64,000 nt of DNA from Macrostomum hystrix (taxonomy: Eukaryota; Animalia; Platyhelminthes): assembly GCA_950097015.1 (NCBI GenBank), contig CATNEN010000003.1, positions 1,116,001 to 1,180,000 of the forward strand, given 5' to 3'. Below the pieces are notes generated by a model. It was not told the origin of the DNA, did not search any database, and worked only from the letters and a program-made list of their open reading frames with translations. This document shows, one piece after another, positions 12,895 to 25,689 of the stretch (position 1 is its first letter; each line of letters begins with the position of its first letter). A program made the position numbers and the translations under genes.

Positions 12895-14914
12895 CTATGC
12901 TGAAGCCAGCAGATTTTCATCGGCGTTTGGCTTCACCTCTTGGTTACTGACGGAAGACTCCACGTGAAGGCAGCCGATTGTGTCTTCCTTGGGCTTTTTC
13001 AAGATCCGTTCCGAATGGCGACGTCTCTGAAGAATCTTCACTGCAGCAATAATCGCTACTAGGGCAGAAACACAGAGAAGCGATACCAGAGTAGCAACGA
13101 GCGCTATTATTGATGAAGTTGTCTCGTTCAGCTCATCTCCAAGCGAATTTTTCATGAGAGTCTGCCATAGGAAACGAATGTTCTCTTTGTGGCTGAATTT
13201 GCAGTCCCTGCATCGAATAGGGCGACGATTCACATGCTCTGGAAAGCTGACAAGAGCCGGCATCGGGTCGCTGCAGTTCCCGAATTTTACGTCGAATTTT
13301 CTGGACGAATCGAACTCCAAGAATCCGCACTTGCCGCTGGCTTGTGACAATCTTGAATATTTGAATTCATATGTAGATTATTAACTTGAAAAATGAATGT
13401 CTTCTATTTTAACAGTTAAACAACCCAGCCATTTTGCCGCCCGTTTGCATACCAAAGGGAAATTCCCCCCCCCCGCCTGAACATCAGGCTTGGGTGGTGA
13501 CTGGTTGGTTGACAGACCGAATACGGCGATGATGCAGGCACATTCGGGTGGCATGCTGATGAATTTTGAAGGCCTGGCAAGGCCGCGCTGAGGCCCATTG
13601 TGCTAATTCGTGTATAGGGGTATCACATTTACTAGCGCTTATAAAAAAAACCAGACCTTCAGCCAGAATCGTTGAAAATCTCGACGGTCTGAAGAGCTGG
13701 CGACTTGATATATGTTTTCCCTGAAAAATTCCCCACATATTCTACTGTTAAGGAACACGCGACTCACGGTATGTCAGTTTGATTTCGGGAAATCATGTGA
13801 CCACAGCCGCTGCGATTTTTCACGATAGAAATGACCCCGCTGTTGGATTCATTGAGAAACAAACCGATGCGAACACGTTGGGGCAGATTGAGGGGCCGTT
13901 TGAATGGATACGTATCCAATCTGGCGTCGTCTAAAAATATTTGTTTAATCAGGCAAGTATTATGATAGTGAGCATTTTTTAGCTAGAAGCACACCCTAGC
14001 TGATGTGACTTGAGAACTCACTGGCCAGTATAAAATCAGAAATTTGCATCAGACTCGAAAACACTGCAAGCTGCGCTTCGCCCAAAATGTTGTGCATGGA
14101 TGTCGACGCATTTTCGCTCACCGGGCTCACAGCGTAGCAGTTTCCAGCAAAGCTGAGCATGTCTCGGCTGCAGAACTCGGAGGCTGGTGTCACAGCTCTC
14201 AGCACAATTGACTTTCTAGTTGAACTTTTGTACTGCTGTCGATCGAACGAAACTTTTATGTATGTTTTTCTAAAAGTTTCGAATTAAAATTGTCTGTTAA
14301 TTTGTATTTCAACAGACTTTCGATGAATGAGAGTTCAAATAAGAATTCGCTTTAGGATTAAGAATTGAGAATCGCATACTTGTCAGTCACTGGTAAAACG
14401 CAGAAGAGGCCAGGTTTAACTTTTTCTATCGGACCGGTGCAGCCTGAAATGTCGGCAACAGTGATAAGCTTAGTCTTGACTAAGGGCAACCAAGCTGCGA
14501 CGATCGGAGTCGAAATGAGCGCAATAAAGGCAATCACCCGTTGTCGGATCGTGCAGCTCATACTGAAGCTGGCCTGTGTCGACCTCGCCACTTGAAATTC
14601 CCTCCAAGACCAGAGCTTTAGTGCCAATCAGCTTGGGTACTTTGATGAGCCAGTCACAGTGCTTCTCATTTGTGCCCCTCATATCGGCATCGAGCCTCTC
14701 GTCCTGATGGCTGCGGGCTGTCATATCTATTTCTAGCTGGTACCCTGCAGGGCAGGGATGGTCTCCAGCCTGGCAGCTGCAAATGACAATGGGGTTTTAG
14801 GCATAAATTAACTTACCTACTATTTCTTTATTACCATTATTATCATTCGTCGACTCACCATAACATGCGGCTGCAAATGAAGCACACAAGAATAGTTTCT
14901 CGGCATTGTAACAT
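12895..14914 (-). CDS. Family A receptor copy A3
   Basis: Signal exon 14859-14914 (MLQCRETILVCFICSRML). Exon 2 from 14776 (CCQAGDHPCPAGY...HCDWLIKV). A 43-nt intron precedes WLPLVKTK. CTLD exon FCSRDMLSFAGNCYAVS, then the YPFKRPLNL exon, then the last exon with TM IIALVATLVSLLCVSALVAIIAAV. Intron positions and phases match A1. Confidence 0.8.
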
Positions 14915-15061
14915 GTCTGTAACGGATATTTAGACAACCGGTAATAAGATTTTTTATAATGAAATGAAGGTATTTGAAGGTATTTTTGGAAGAATAGTTG
15001 TTAACCGGTTTAAACAGTTCTGGAAGCTTTTTAAACATAGGGTGGACAGATAACAGTATCG

Positions 15062-15245
15062 TCTCTACCCTGTCTCGTCTCTACCCTGTCTCATCTCTAC
15101 CCTGTCTCATTTCTATCCTGTGTCATCTCTACCCTGTCTCATCTCTACCCTGTCTTATCTCTACCCTGTCTCATCTCTACCCTGTGTCATCTCTACCCTG
15201 TCTCATCTCTACCCTGTCTTATCTCTACCCTGTCTCATCTCTCCC
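15062..15245. repeat. 16-bp minisatellite CATCTCTACCCTGTCT upstream of A3
   Basis: Direct tandem units. A paralogous array lies at 23752-23870. Confidence 0.9.
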
Positions 15246-18200
15246 CTTTTTCATCTCCACTGTTTTCATCCCTCCTCTGTATAATCTCTCCCCTTCGATT
15301 TCGCATTAGCCCCGTATGCTATCTCTCCGTTTATAATCTCGCACACCTCTCTCTAGACACACCGCTAGACTTGGGCCCCTCACGGCCCAAGTCCACTCGC
15401 AGCATCATAAGAGGGCCCCGACCAACCTTCTCCCAGTTCACCCCTCATCTTATGGGTCAGGATTTCCCTTCGGATAAGTGGGGTTTCCCATGCTTATCTA
15501 TTTTCCTCCTTTAAGACTCTCTGTATAGGTAGTCAAGGTAAATGGCAGCCAATTACGCAAATTCATCTTTTAATACCGTCGAGGAGGCAGGAAGGTGTAA
15601 ATAATCCGTGTTTTGTCGATCTTTTTGACAATCTTTTAGTTCAGGAAGCTCTAAATTAACGGTACTTTATTTGATGAAATATCGGCCGATAATTGTTAAT
15701 GTGGGATTTGGGATCGCAAAATTTCGGGTTTTCGTGATCCCGGGATCATCCCGGAATTGGGCCATATGGAATAAGGGGTAAGATCATTACTTTTGTTTTT
15801 CTCAAGCTCTTGAGAATCGTTGAGACTGGGCCCGGGGTTTCGAATTTTGAACATTGATGTGGCTCTGAAGTGGTGAATTACTATTTTCTGAATAGTACCC
15901 TGTCTCTACCCTGTCTCTACCTGAGTAGAGTTTCAGTGAGTTTCAAAGTTCTAATTTCCATGTGATGTACGAGTACATGTAAAAAGTATTGAACATACGA
16001 AAATATCTCGTAAATTCCATAATTCTATAGCTACAACTTAACTTTTTACTTTTTAGATTCTAGAAGCCAAATTCACAATGCCATTGTCAATCAGTCAATG
16101 TATTTCGAATTTTAAAAAGTTGCTATGGCCTTGATCTTAAATCAATGACAGCAATGCAAAACTAAAACAAAGAGAAAACACAATATGTCAGTTAAGACTT
16201 AAGGCGTCAAAACGAAGAGTCTCGACTCTCAATTCTAAGAGTTGATTAATAAAGTACTCAGGTTACAGTTACATAACAGTTATAGGTTACAGTTGCCGAC
16301 AGGGCACAGGCATACTCGTACGAGATAGCTACTCGTAAGTTTTAAAAACAAGACTTTCTTGTTTCCTGATAATTATAAACTGAGTCGTCACGACTCCGGC
16401 GCGATCGTCACGCGCACTATTATTTTATCTTTAAAAAAATCTCGGGATTTCAAATCCCGGGATTGCTATCCCACAGTGTGATTGCACATGTACTCGTAAT
16501 TTCAAATGCTCATACATTTGTCAAAACATGTTTTCGAAAGTAAAATATAAAAATGAGTTAGAATGTATAATTACTATTTTCTCACCCTGTTGATGTCCCT
16601 AGAAAACCGGTTTAGTTTTCGTACCTTTTATATGTGATAATAGAATTCTGCTTCACACAGAAACAGGTATTGTTCACTGTTGTAGAGTGTTGTTATGCTG
16701 TGCGAGTAATGAAAAAACATAACTTAACTTTGAATATATGTACGCTCTCTAGTTGACAATGTACACACAATATCTACTTTACATAAGCCAGGCTATTTTT
16801 AATGCTTCATTTTCTACAATAAATTGTGAGATTGAGCGTGGCAGCTGTTTCCAATGAGAACGGACTTTCCACGACAAAACCACGGCAATTCCATGGGTTA
16901 GCCTCGCTCAATTTATGTACTGTATGTAATATATGTACTATAACACGGAAGTTTTGTCTTCCTGCTATCTTCTGCTACAACATCAGACAGATAAGCGCTT
17001 AGGGGCCAGAGGCCTGTGCGCACTCCGAAGTCGCATGAAAAGCGTCAGTGAAGCTCTGCCTCTCGCTTCCCGTACATTTCATATCAAACAGCGCGCACGC
17101 GCGTACACAGGCAAAATGGGGAGAGAGAAACGCTGGTCAATTACTAACACAAGGGACAGCAGTCTCTCTGTTTCTCACACAAATGCTCCGCAGCAAATGC
17201 TCGCCGGACCTCTTTCTCCTGGTCCTGGGCCGTATCGATCCACTGGCGCCTCGCCGTGTACGCGACCCATGTGAGCCATGCAAATACAATGCAACACAAG
17301 CGTATTTGCAAGGCTTACATACTACACTATACCATACATTGAAAACAGTGTTATCATTCACGTTCATACATCGATAGTTGATTTTTAACGTTGTCTTTTA
17401 GGGCTTAAAGTTGCAATTTTACACAGTTAGACTTGAATCCAGTTTTTTACATTAAAATTTGGCAACCACTTTTTAAATGAAAGCATTACTGCGCCCTTTT
17501 TGTCTGGTAATTTGCTCGGCTGCTGCTTTAATTAGATGTTGAGCTGTTTCTCAGACTCCTAAGTTTTATTCTACGAGTATAAAGTTCTCAAAATAAAAAA
17601 AAATATTGCCATTTTCTCTTCAATTAAATTTTGTGTCGTTTAAAATTCCCAAATCTTGATTAGGGACTTGCTACTATGAGTAGGCTGTGTGAGCGGATTT
17701 CATGTTACAGTGTCTTCGGAGGGCTTTTAAGGTCTTAGGAGGGTCCCGCTCGCTAAAGCGAAGCTTCGTTTTCGGGTTTGCAGATAAATCTCGGGTAGCC
17801 AACTATAGGGTCAAAGCACTAGACAGTTCTTTCTTTTGGGGTGGACAGTCGGGAGCCTGCAAAGCAGATATGCATGGTTATATCTGGCGGGAAGGAAGTT
17901 AAAAGTAGGAAAAATCTAAGTGGGGAGGTTTGTTGTCAAACAACTGCCTCTTTTTAAGGAATTTCTGCGGGCCTCCCAACCGCAGATTAGTAAAAAATCG
18001 TTCGCGGGTGGGTAAACTGTAACTGTTGAAAGATAGTACTCGTACCTTTCTGTTTGTCCCTCTTCTCTTTCCCAGTAAGAATTAAAAGAGCACACGCTTA
18101 GAACTCAGCACTCAATAGAACTTATGGTTGCTAGGTGTGGGGCGAAATAATCAGAATGCAGGAGCAGGAGATGTATAACCAAAGTAGGGTCGAACTAGTG

Positions 18201-19111
18201 GGGCTAGCCGCCTCATAGAGTGGTTTTTTCCTTTCTATTTTTTCCTTAACGGAGACATAATAAAAATAAAAATAAAAATTTATAACCCAACCTACCTTTA
18301 TTTAACTGCCTGTCTCTCTCTCGCTTTCATTTTTCCTGAAAAACTTTTTGCCCAGCTGAACGTCGTCATATGTAAAAAGCCATGATGTACATCAATTAGA
18401 TTTTGTTGTTTTAAATGTACAGTTGTGCAATAATTTTTTCTGCAAAGTTTCTCGCGAAGGCATCCTACATTTTGTTCTAAACTCAAACAGTAGATGAAGA
18501 GGGTTAGTTGTGGACTAGTTTGGCAATAGCAATTGCATTTTGTGAATGCGTGTCATTGCTTTCTTTGTACTCTGCATACAAAAGGCAAATTTTCCATGCT
18601 GCTACTCTGTAAAATCACGCGAGTAAGCTGTGGTTGATAATAGGTATATTGTACGATTATAAATGTACGTATGTTTCTATCTACGAGCTACCTACCTGAT
18701 GGAGCTGAAAACCTCACTTTCCTTATTTGTGATAATTATTCTTAAATATTAGTCATAATACTTTTTTGCTCAATAGACTGTTCAATGCAAGTAAGATGGG
18801 GGGAGCGGATTTGAGTACTTAGGGCGGAAGGCTTTTTTGTTTAAGAGATGGAATGGCAGCAAAGATGGTGGGGCTGCGTGGGCTGCGCGTATATTTAGAT
18901 ATGAACAGGGCGGCCTAGAGAGGTGCAAAAATGGCGCGACTTCGAGCAGCCCCACGAGCAGGATCACCAACCCCACCGCCAGTAGACTGAGGTTCGGGGT
19001 TCGCAGTGCAGATGAACTATTGGTTTTCAACTTATATTTCAAACTAAGTAACTTCAATTTCGCCCGGCGGCTCTCCAGCTAGCCTTAGTAACTTTAATTT
19101 CGCCCGCGAGA

Positions 19112-19590
19112 CCGGCCTGCCCAAGATAGAGTAAATCAATTTTATAAAAAGTAACTTCTATTTCGTCTCTTCAGCACAGCGATTTGTGTTTGCGTCCGCT
19201 CTGGACTTTTTCCTTGCCTTTGATCTTCGCCGACGCCACCGACTCCACCGCAATGCAATTATAATAATCTGTCGAGTGTCGAGAGATTTTTGGCTCTGAG
19301 AATTTATGGCCCTATAGCACGTACAGAATCACAAAAAATCTGCTAATTGGATTGCGTCGATACTTTCACATCCAGCCGCTCTTGAAGCTCGAATCTTATT
19401 GGAGCTCCAATACGAGCTGTTTTTGTTGCTTGTCTCCCACTTTGGTGTCTTGCCTGAGAGGTCAAAAATTTATATTGAAAGTACAGGCCCATCATGGCCT
19501 ATATTAATGTTTAAAGCCGGATGAAAAAATGCAAGACGAAATAGAAATTACTTTTTGTGAAATTGATTTACTTTAAATTGGGCAGGCCGG
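19112..19590. mobile_element. MITE-like element with ~55-bp imperfect TIRs
   Basis: CCGGCCTGCCCAA...AGTAAATCAATTTTATAAAAAGTAACTTCTATTTCGTCT is inverted at 19534-19590. Related sequence recurs at ~47570-47665. Confidence 0.65.
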
Positions 19591-20329
19591 GCATTTCGTA
19601 TATTCACTCATTTACTCATCAGTCATCCACGTATTTAGCTATTCGCATTGTACGCTCGTAATGTAGGTTTTATTTTTTCAATTTACTGGTAGCATATTTG
19701 CTTATTCATTGTTTTGGAGAATCACGTGTATTAGTGTACACAATCAATCAATTTAGTGATTATTAAATTTAACTTCATAAATTTACTACGCATTAAGTGT
19801 TTGCTGAATTTCGGCGAATTAGGATTCGTGGAATGGGGATTTGAGCCCCCACCCATTGCCAAGAGCTCCGATCCCGTCAAGCGTCATCTGCGCCAGAGCG
19901 AGACGCTGGATGGAGCCCAAAAACCAGGAAAGGCTGACCAACACCCAGAACTGTCGACAGTGCAGGGCCGCGCTCCTCTCTCCGTCGTACAGCCTGTGTA
20001 AAGCTCAGTCGAAACTGCGTCCTTCTATTGTATATGCAGTGTTGCTTTCAGTTTAAAATATTGCATTGGAGAATCTCCCATGCCTTGGTATATATCTTGC
20101 AAATTTATACTGTCATTATACGAGCTCGTACACAGTGCCTTCGTCTATTTGCCACTTAAAGTTATGCGCTCACGACGAGTCACCATTGAATCGTGGATTT
20201 AAATCTAGGTATTTAATGTCTTGCTATGAGAAAAAAGAGATTCTAATAATGTTCTGAATCGAAATAATCTCTGATTTATATTTTTCTCTTAACGAGTTTT
20301 TAAATTACATGGGGTACTTGCTGGGGTAA

Positions 20330-20948
20330 AGCGACACTGATGCAACATCCCGATCCCCACTTCTGTGGTCAACTCCAACATCAACCGCTAGATGGAGGCC
20401 CAACACCGGAGGAGGTGGTCTAGCACCCTGAACTGCCGCCAGTCCAGGGCTGCGGTGCCAACCCCCTCTAGTAACCTGCGTAAAGCCTTGCTCAGGCTAA
20501 ATCGCAGAGACCTGAGAGCAGTCACCATGGCCCTCTCGGGACATGGCTGCTTCACCAGACACCGCTACCTCCAAGGCCACGTGCCTGAGGACACGTGTCC
20601 CTTCTGCTGCTCCGGACGTGAAAACGCCGAGCATTTCATCTGCCACTGCCCGGCCTTCACCCGGGCTAGGCTAAAACATCTCGGGCCGGCGCCGACCCTA
20701 GTCGAAGCCTGCTCGCCCGAGAGCATTCCACAGCTCGCCCACTTCCTTCGGGATACCGGCCGAGCTGATTTCTTCCCAGCCTATGGCGAGGAGGATCGCG
20801 CGGCGGGATCGACCGACGGACCACCCTGAGCGGCACCGCCTCGCTGGAGGCCGTCTGGCTGCCAGGGGTTAGCGATATTGGCGGCATCGGCCGCCTCCTC
20901 GCTGCGTCCGTCATGTAGGCTCCCTGCCGCTAAGTCAAGTAAGTAAGT
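20330..20948 (+). mobile_element. 5'-truncated LINE 3' end with (AAGT)n tail
   Basis: LSGHG...CPFC...[11 protein letters not shown] zinc knuckle, GC-rich 3' UTR, TAAGTCAAGTAAGTAAGT tail. A related decayed piece lies at ~19850-20010. Confidence 0.8.
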
Positions 20949-21574
20949 TCGGCGTTAGCGATCTTCATCCGGCTGGTGTGCCAAATGAAGGCATGGAGCT
21001 CTAGGATCCTCGATCTCCGGAGTGGTCAGCTCGTCGATCCCCTTGTGGTGGCCAAGGTTCAGGGGGCGCTCTTTCTCGAAGAAAGTTCAGAATGTGACGC
21101 AGTGCGCCACAGTTTCCTCACCTAAGCCGCAAAAATGCAGGTGGAAGCTCACTGCTATACTCTGCAAGCATACTAGTAGAAAAAATTCATGTGACGAAAA
21201 TGAAAAGCTTTATATTTGTTTTCTGTTTATTAGACTTATTTCACACATCTCGTAATTATTTAGCAAAGTAGCAGAGAATAATAAAAGTTGTCTTACAGAA
21301 TCCAATTTTCGAGATTAAAAGTCAAGGCCTTGTTAATAAACAATCAGAAAAGCACTATGCTATACTGAACGCTTTCCAGTAAAAGGCCCAAGAGCTGGCT
21401 AAAATCGGAGCGATAAACGAGTGTTGATAAGTAAATGGCGTGTGATACTCTAATATTCTTGATTTTCAAGTGAATAAACTAAAAGTACAGTTCTTTCATT
21501 CCTGTGTCGTAGAATTCAAGAGCAAGATCGCAAGTTTATGTTAAATTTACGACCTGTACAACCCAGCTGATGAA

Positions 21575-23606
21575 CTATGCTGAAGCCAGCAGATTTTCAT
21601 CGGCGTTTGGCTTCACCTCTTGGTTACTGACGGAAGACTCCACGTGAAGGCAGCCGATTGTGTCTTCCTCGGGCATCGTCGAGATCGGAACGGACAGGCG
21701 ACGTCTCTGAAGAATCTTCACTGCAGCAATAATCGCTACTAGGGCAGAAACACAGAGAAGCGATACCAGAGTAGCAACGAGCGCTATTATTGATGAAGTT
21801 GTCTCGTTCAGCTCATCTCCAAGCGAATTCTTCATGAGAGTCTGCCATAGGACACGAATGTTCTCTTTGTGGCTGAATCTGCAGTCGCTGCATCGAATAG
21901 GGCGACGATTCACATGCTCTGGAAAGCTGACAAGAGCCGGCATCGGGTCGCTGCAGTTCCCGAATTTTACGTAGAATTTTCTGGACGAATCGAACTCCAA
22001 GAATCCGCACTTGCCGCTGGCTTGTGACAATCTTGAATATTTGAATTCATATGTAGATTATTAACTTGAAAAATGAATGTTTTCTATTTTAACAGTTCAA
22101 CAACCCAGCCATTTTGCCGCCCGTTTGCATACCAAAGGGAAATTCCCCCCGCCTGAACATCAGGCTTGGGTGGTGACTGGTTGGTTGACAGACCGAATAC
22201 GGCGATAATGCAGGCACATTCGGGTGGCATGCTTATGAATTTTGAAGGCCTGGCAAGGCCGCGCTGAGGCCCATTGTGCTAATTCGTGTATAGGGGTATC
22301 ACATTTACTAGCGCTTATAAGAAAAACCAGACCTTCAGCCAGAATCGTTGAAAATCTCGACGGTCTGAAGAGCTGGCGACTTGATGTATGTTTTCCCTGG
22401 AAAAATTCCCCACATATTCTACTGTTAAGGAACACGCAACTCACGGTATGTCAGTTTGATTTCGGGAAATCATGTGACCACAGCCGCTGTGATTTTTCAC
22501 GACAGAAATGACTCCGCTGTTGGATTCATTGAGAAACAAACCGATGCGAACACGTTGGGGCAGATTGAGGGGCCGTTTGAATGGATACGTATCCAATCTG
22601 GCGTCGTCTAAAAATATTTGTTTAATCAGGCAAGTATTATGATAGTGAGCATTTTTTAGCTAGAAGCACACCCTAGCTGATGCGACTTGAGAACTCACTG
22701 GCCGCTATAAAATCAGCAATTTGCATCAGACTCGAAAACACTGCAAGCTGCGCTTCGCCCAAAATGTTGTGCATGGACGTCGACGCATTTTCGCTCACCG
22801 GGCTCACAGCGTAGCAGTTTCCAGCAAAGCTGAGCATGTCTCGGCTGCAGAACTCGGAGGCTGGTGTCACAGCTCTCAGCACAATTGACTTTCTAGTTGA
22901 ACTTTTGTACTGCTGTCGATCGAACGAGACTGTGAGGTATGTTTTTCTGAAATTTCCGAATTGAGATTGTCTGTTAATTTGTATTTCAGTAGACTTTGAT
23001 GAATGAATAAGAATATAAATATGAATATGAATAATAATTCACTTTAGGATTAAGAATTGAGAATCGCATACTTGTCAGTCACTGGTAAAACGCAGAAGAG
23101 GCCAGGTCTAACTTTTTCTATCGGACCGGTGCAGCCTGAAATGTCGGCAACAGTGATAAGCTTAGTCTTGACTAAGGGCAACCAAGCTACGACGATTGGC
23201 GTCGAAATGAGCGCAATAAAGGCAATCACCCGTTGTCGGATCGTGCAGCTCATACTGAAGCTGGCCTGTGTCGACCTCGCCACTTGAAATTCCCTCCAAG
23301 ACCAGAGCTTTAGTGCCAATCAGCTTGGGCACCTTGATGAGCCAGTCACAGTGCTTCTCATTTGTGCCCCTCATATCGGCATCGAGCCTCTCGTCCTGAT
23401 GGCTGCGGGCTGTCAGATCTATTTCTAGCTGGTACCCTGCTGGGCAGGGATGGTCTCCAGCCTGGCAGCTGCAAATGACAATGGGGTTTTAGGCATAAAT
23501 TAACTTACCTATTATTTCTATATTACCATTATTATCATTCGTCGACTCACCATAACATGCGGCTGCAAATGAAGCACACAAGGATAGTTGCTCGGCATTG
23601 TAACAT
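21575..23606 (-). CDS. Family A receptor copy A4 (recent duplicate of A3)
   Basis: Near-identical to A3 in exons and introns. ATG at 23606 (MLQCRATILVCFICSRML). Confidence 0.8.
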
Positions 23607-23751
23607 GTCTGTAACGGATATTTAGACACCCGGTAATAAGATTTTTTATAATGAAATGAAGGTATTTAAAGGTATTTTTGGAAGAATAGTTTTTAACTGT
23701 TTTATTCAGTTATGGAAGCTTTTTAAACATAACGTGGACAGATAACAGTAT

Positions 23752-23870
23752 CGTCTCTACCCTGTCTCATCTCTACCCTGTCTCATCTCTACCCTGTCTC
23801 ATCTCTACCCTGTCTCATCTCTACCCTGTCTCATCTCTACCCTGTCTTATCTCTACCCTGTCTCATCTCT
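23752..23870. repeat. 16-bp minisatellite CATCTCTACCCTGTCT upstream of A4
   Basis: Direct tandem units, fewer than in the A3 copy. Confidence 0.9.
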
Positions 23871-25689
23871 CCCCTTTCTCATCTCCACTGTTTTCATCCC
23901 TCCTCTGTATAATCTCTCCCCTTCGATTTCGCATTAGCCCCGTATGCTATCTCTCCGCTTATAATCTCGCACACCTCTCTCTAGACACACCGCAAGGTGG
24001 GGAGGCGCCGCCCCCTCTCGGCCCAAGTCCACTCGCAGCATTGTAAGAGGGCCCCGACCAACCTTCTCCCAGTTCACCCCTCAGCTTCTGGATCGGGGTT
24101 TCCCTTCGGATAAGTGGAGTTTCCAATTCGTTGCTATTTCCTCCTCCAAGGCTTTCTGTAAAGGGAGTCAAATTAAACTGATAACCACGACGCCAAGGCT
24201 TCTTTTGATTATCGTCGAACAGGCAGGAATGCGTGAAGCATAGCTGGGGTTACGCATCTACTCGTAATTCCAAATGCTTGTACAGTTATCTGAAATGTTG
24301 TATTTAAAAAAGATGTGATGTATAAATTTTATTTCCTCACCTTGTTGATGGGCCTATCGGCTGGAATAAATATGTAAGATACTTTAAAACATGAAACGTG
24401 AATTTCTGGATTTCATAGAAATTTCCACGACATATCCGTGGCAATTCCGTGGAGTTGCCTTGAAAACTTTTCGACTCCTATAGCCATACCATCACACCAG
24501 GCCAGAGCACAAAACTGTACATTCTTTTTATGAGCTTTTCTTTATCATGAGCGAGATTTTTTCACGTCTGTGTTTTAGTTTATGCTCGCTCGATAAAAAA
24601 TGGTAGATTCAAGCATTTTGTCCTAAAGGTACACTGGCCAAGCTAGCGATGCTTGCTTTTCTGTGACAACTGGTCTCAGAGAGCTGAAAAGAACGGGCTT
24701 TCCACGATAAAACCGAGGGCTTGGGCTTAATTCCATGGCTTGCCTTGCTGGTCTTAGCCTTTCTATCTTTAATAATTGCGAATTGCGGGGTGCCATAGTA
24801 CCTTGTTAGTCACTGTGAAGTCTTAATGCGAATGCAGTCTCATGCCAGTATTTCATATTAATATTTTATTCATCGAAAACTACTTTTTCAACAATTTTAA
24901 CAGTCTTTGTTTTTAATTAGTTTTTGCAAGTTTTAAGAAAATCGAGAAAACTTTCAAGCAAAGTAAAGCAATATGAAAAAATGACGCAACGAGACACAAC
25001 TGTACGAGCCGTAGATTATGTAGATGGATCGTTTTTCACATTTTATTTTTTTAATTTTTTTTGGACACAAGGACTGAAGCAATGCAGAATTAAGCCCATG
25101 TTCAGGATTTTCATTGCGAATGATTGAATATTTATGGAGATACAGAAAAAAGAAAATTGTGCGTCTTTGAATACCCGTGTGATCTTTCTACGAGCGCGCA
25201 CTGCTAAGGAAGATTTTGAGTTTTTTTAAGATTCACAAACTTCTCATGATGTCACCTCAAACAGTTCACTTTAGCCACTCAAAGATATTTCCTAAACTAT
25301 CCCGAGGTTTTGTTCAATTGAAAAGCTGTTTTTTAATAGCAAGACGGAAAAACTCAGCTTGTCATTTCTATTTTTAGAACACGAGTAACTTTGCACGTTC
25401 GTGGATTTCCACGGGAAATCCATGGCAATTTTACTCTATAGCCCTAGCAGCATCCCAGCTGTTTAACTAATCATGCGTTGTCCCAAAAGAAGCATTTAAA
25501 TTGCACGAAAAACTTCAATGGATTTTATAAAACGGTGTACATCGCTTATTCATTTACTTTTAATGGAACCGTGAAAATATCAAGAATGAAAGGGAAAATA
25601 AATATATTGAGAAAATATGCAAGCATAGAGATGAACACGTTTACAGATGATACTAGTGATAGCACGAGATCAGTAAATATTTTATAGAG

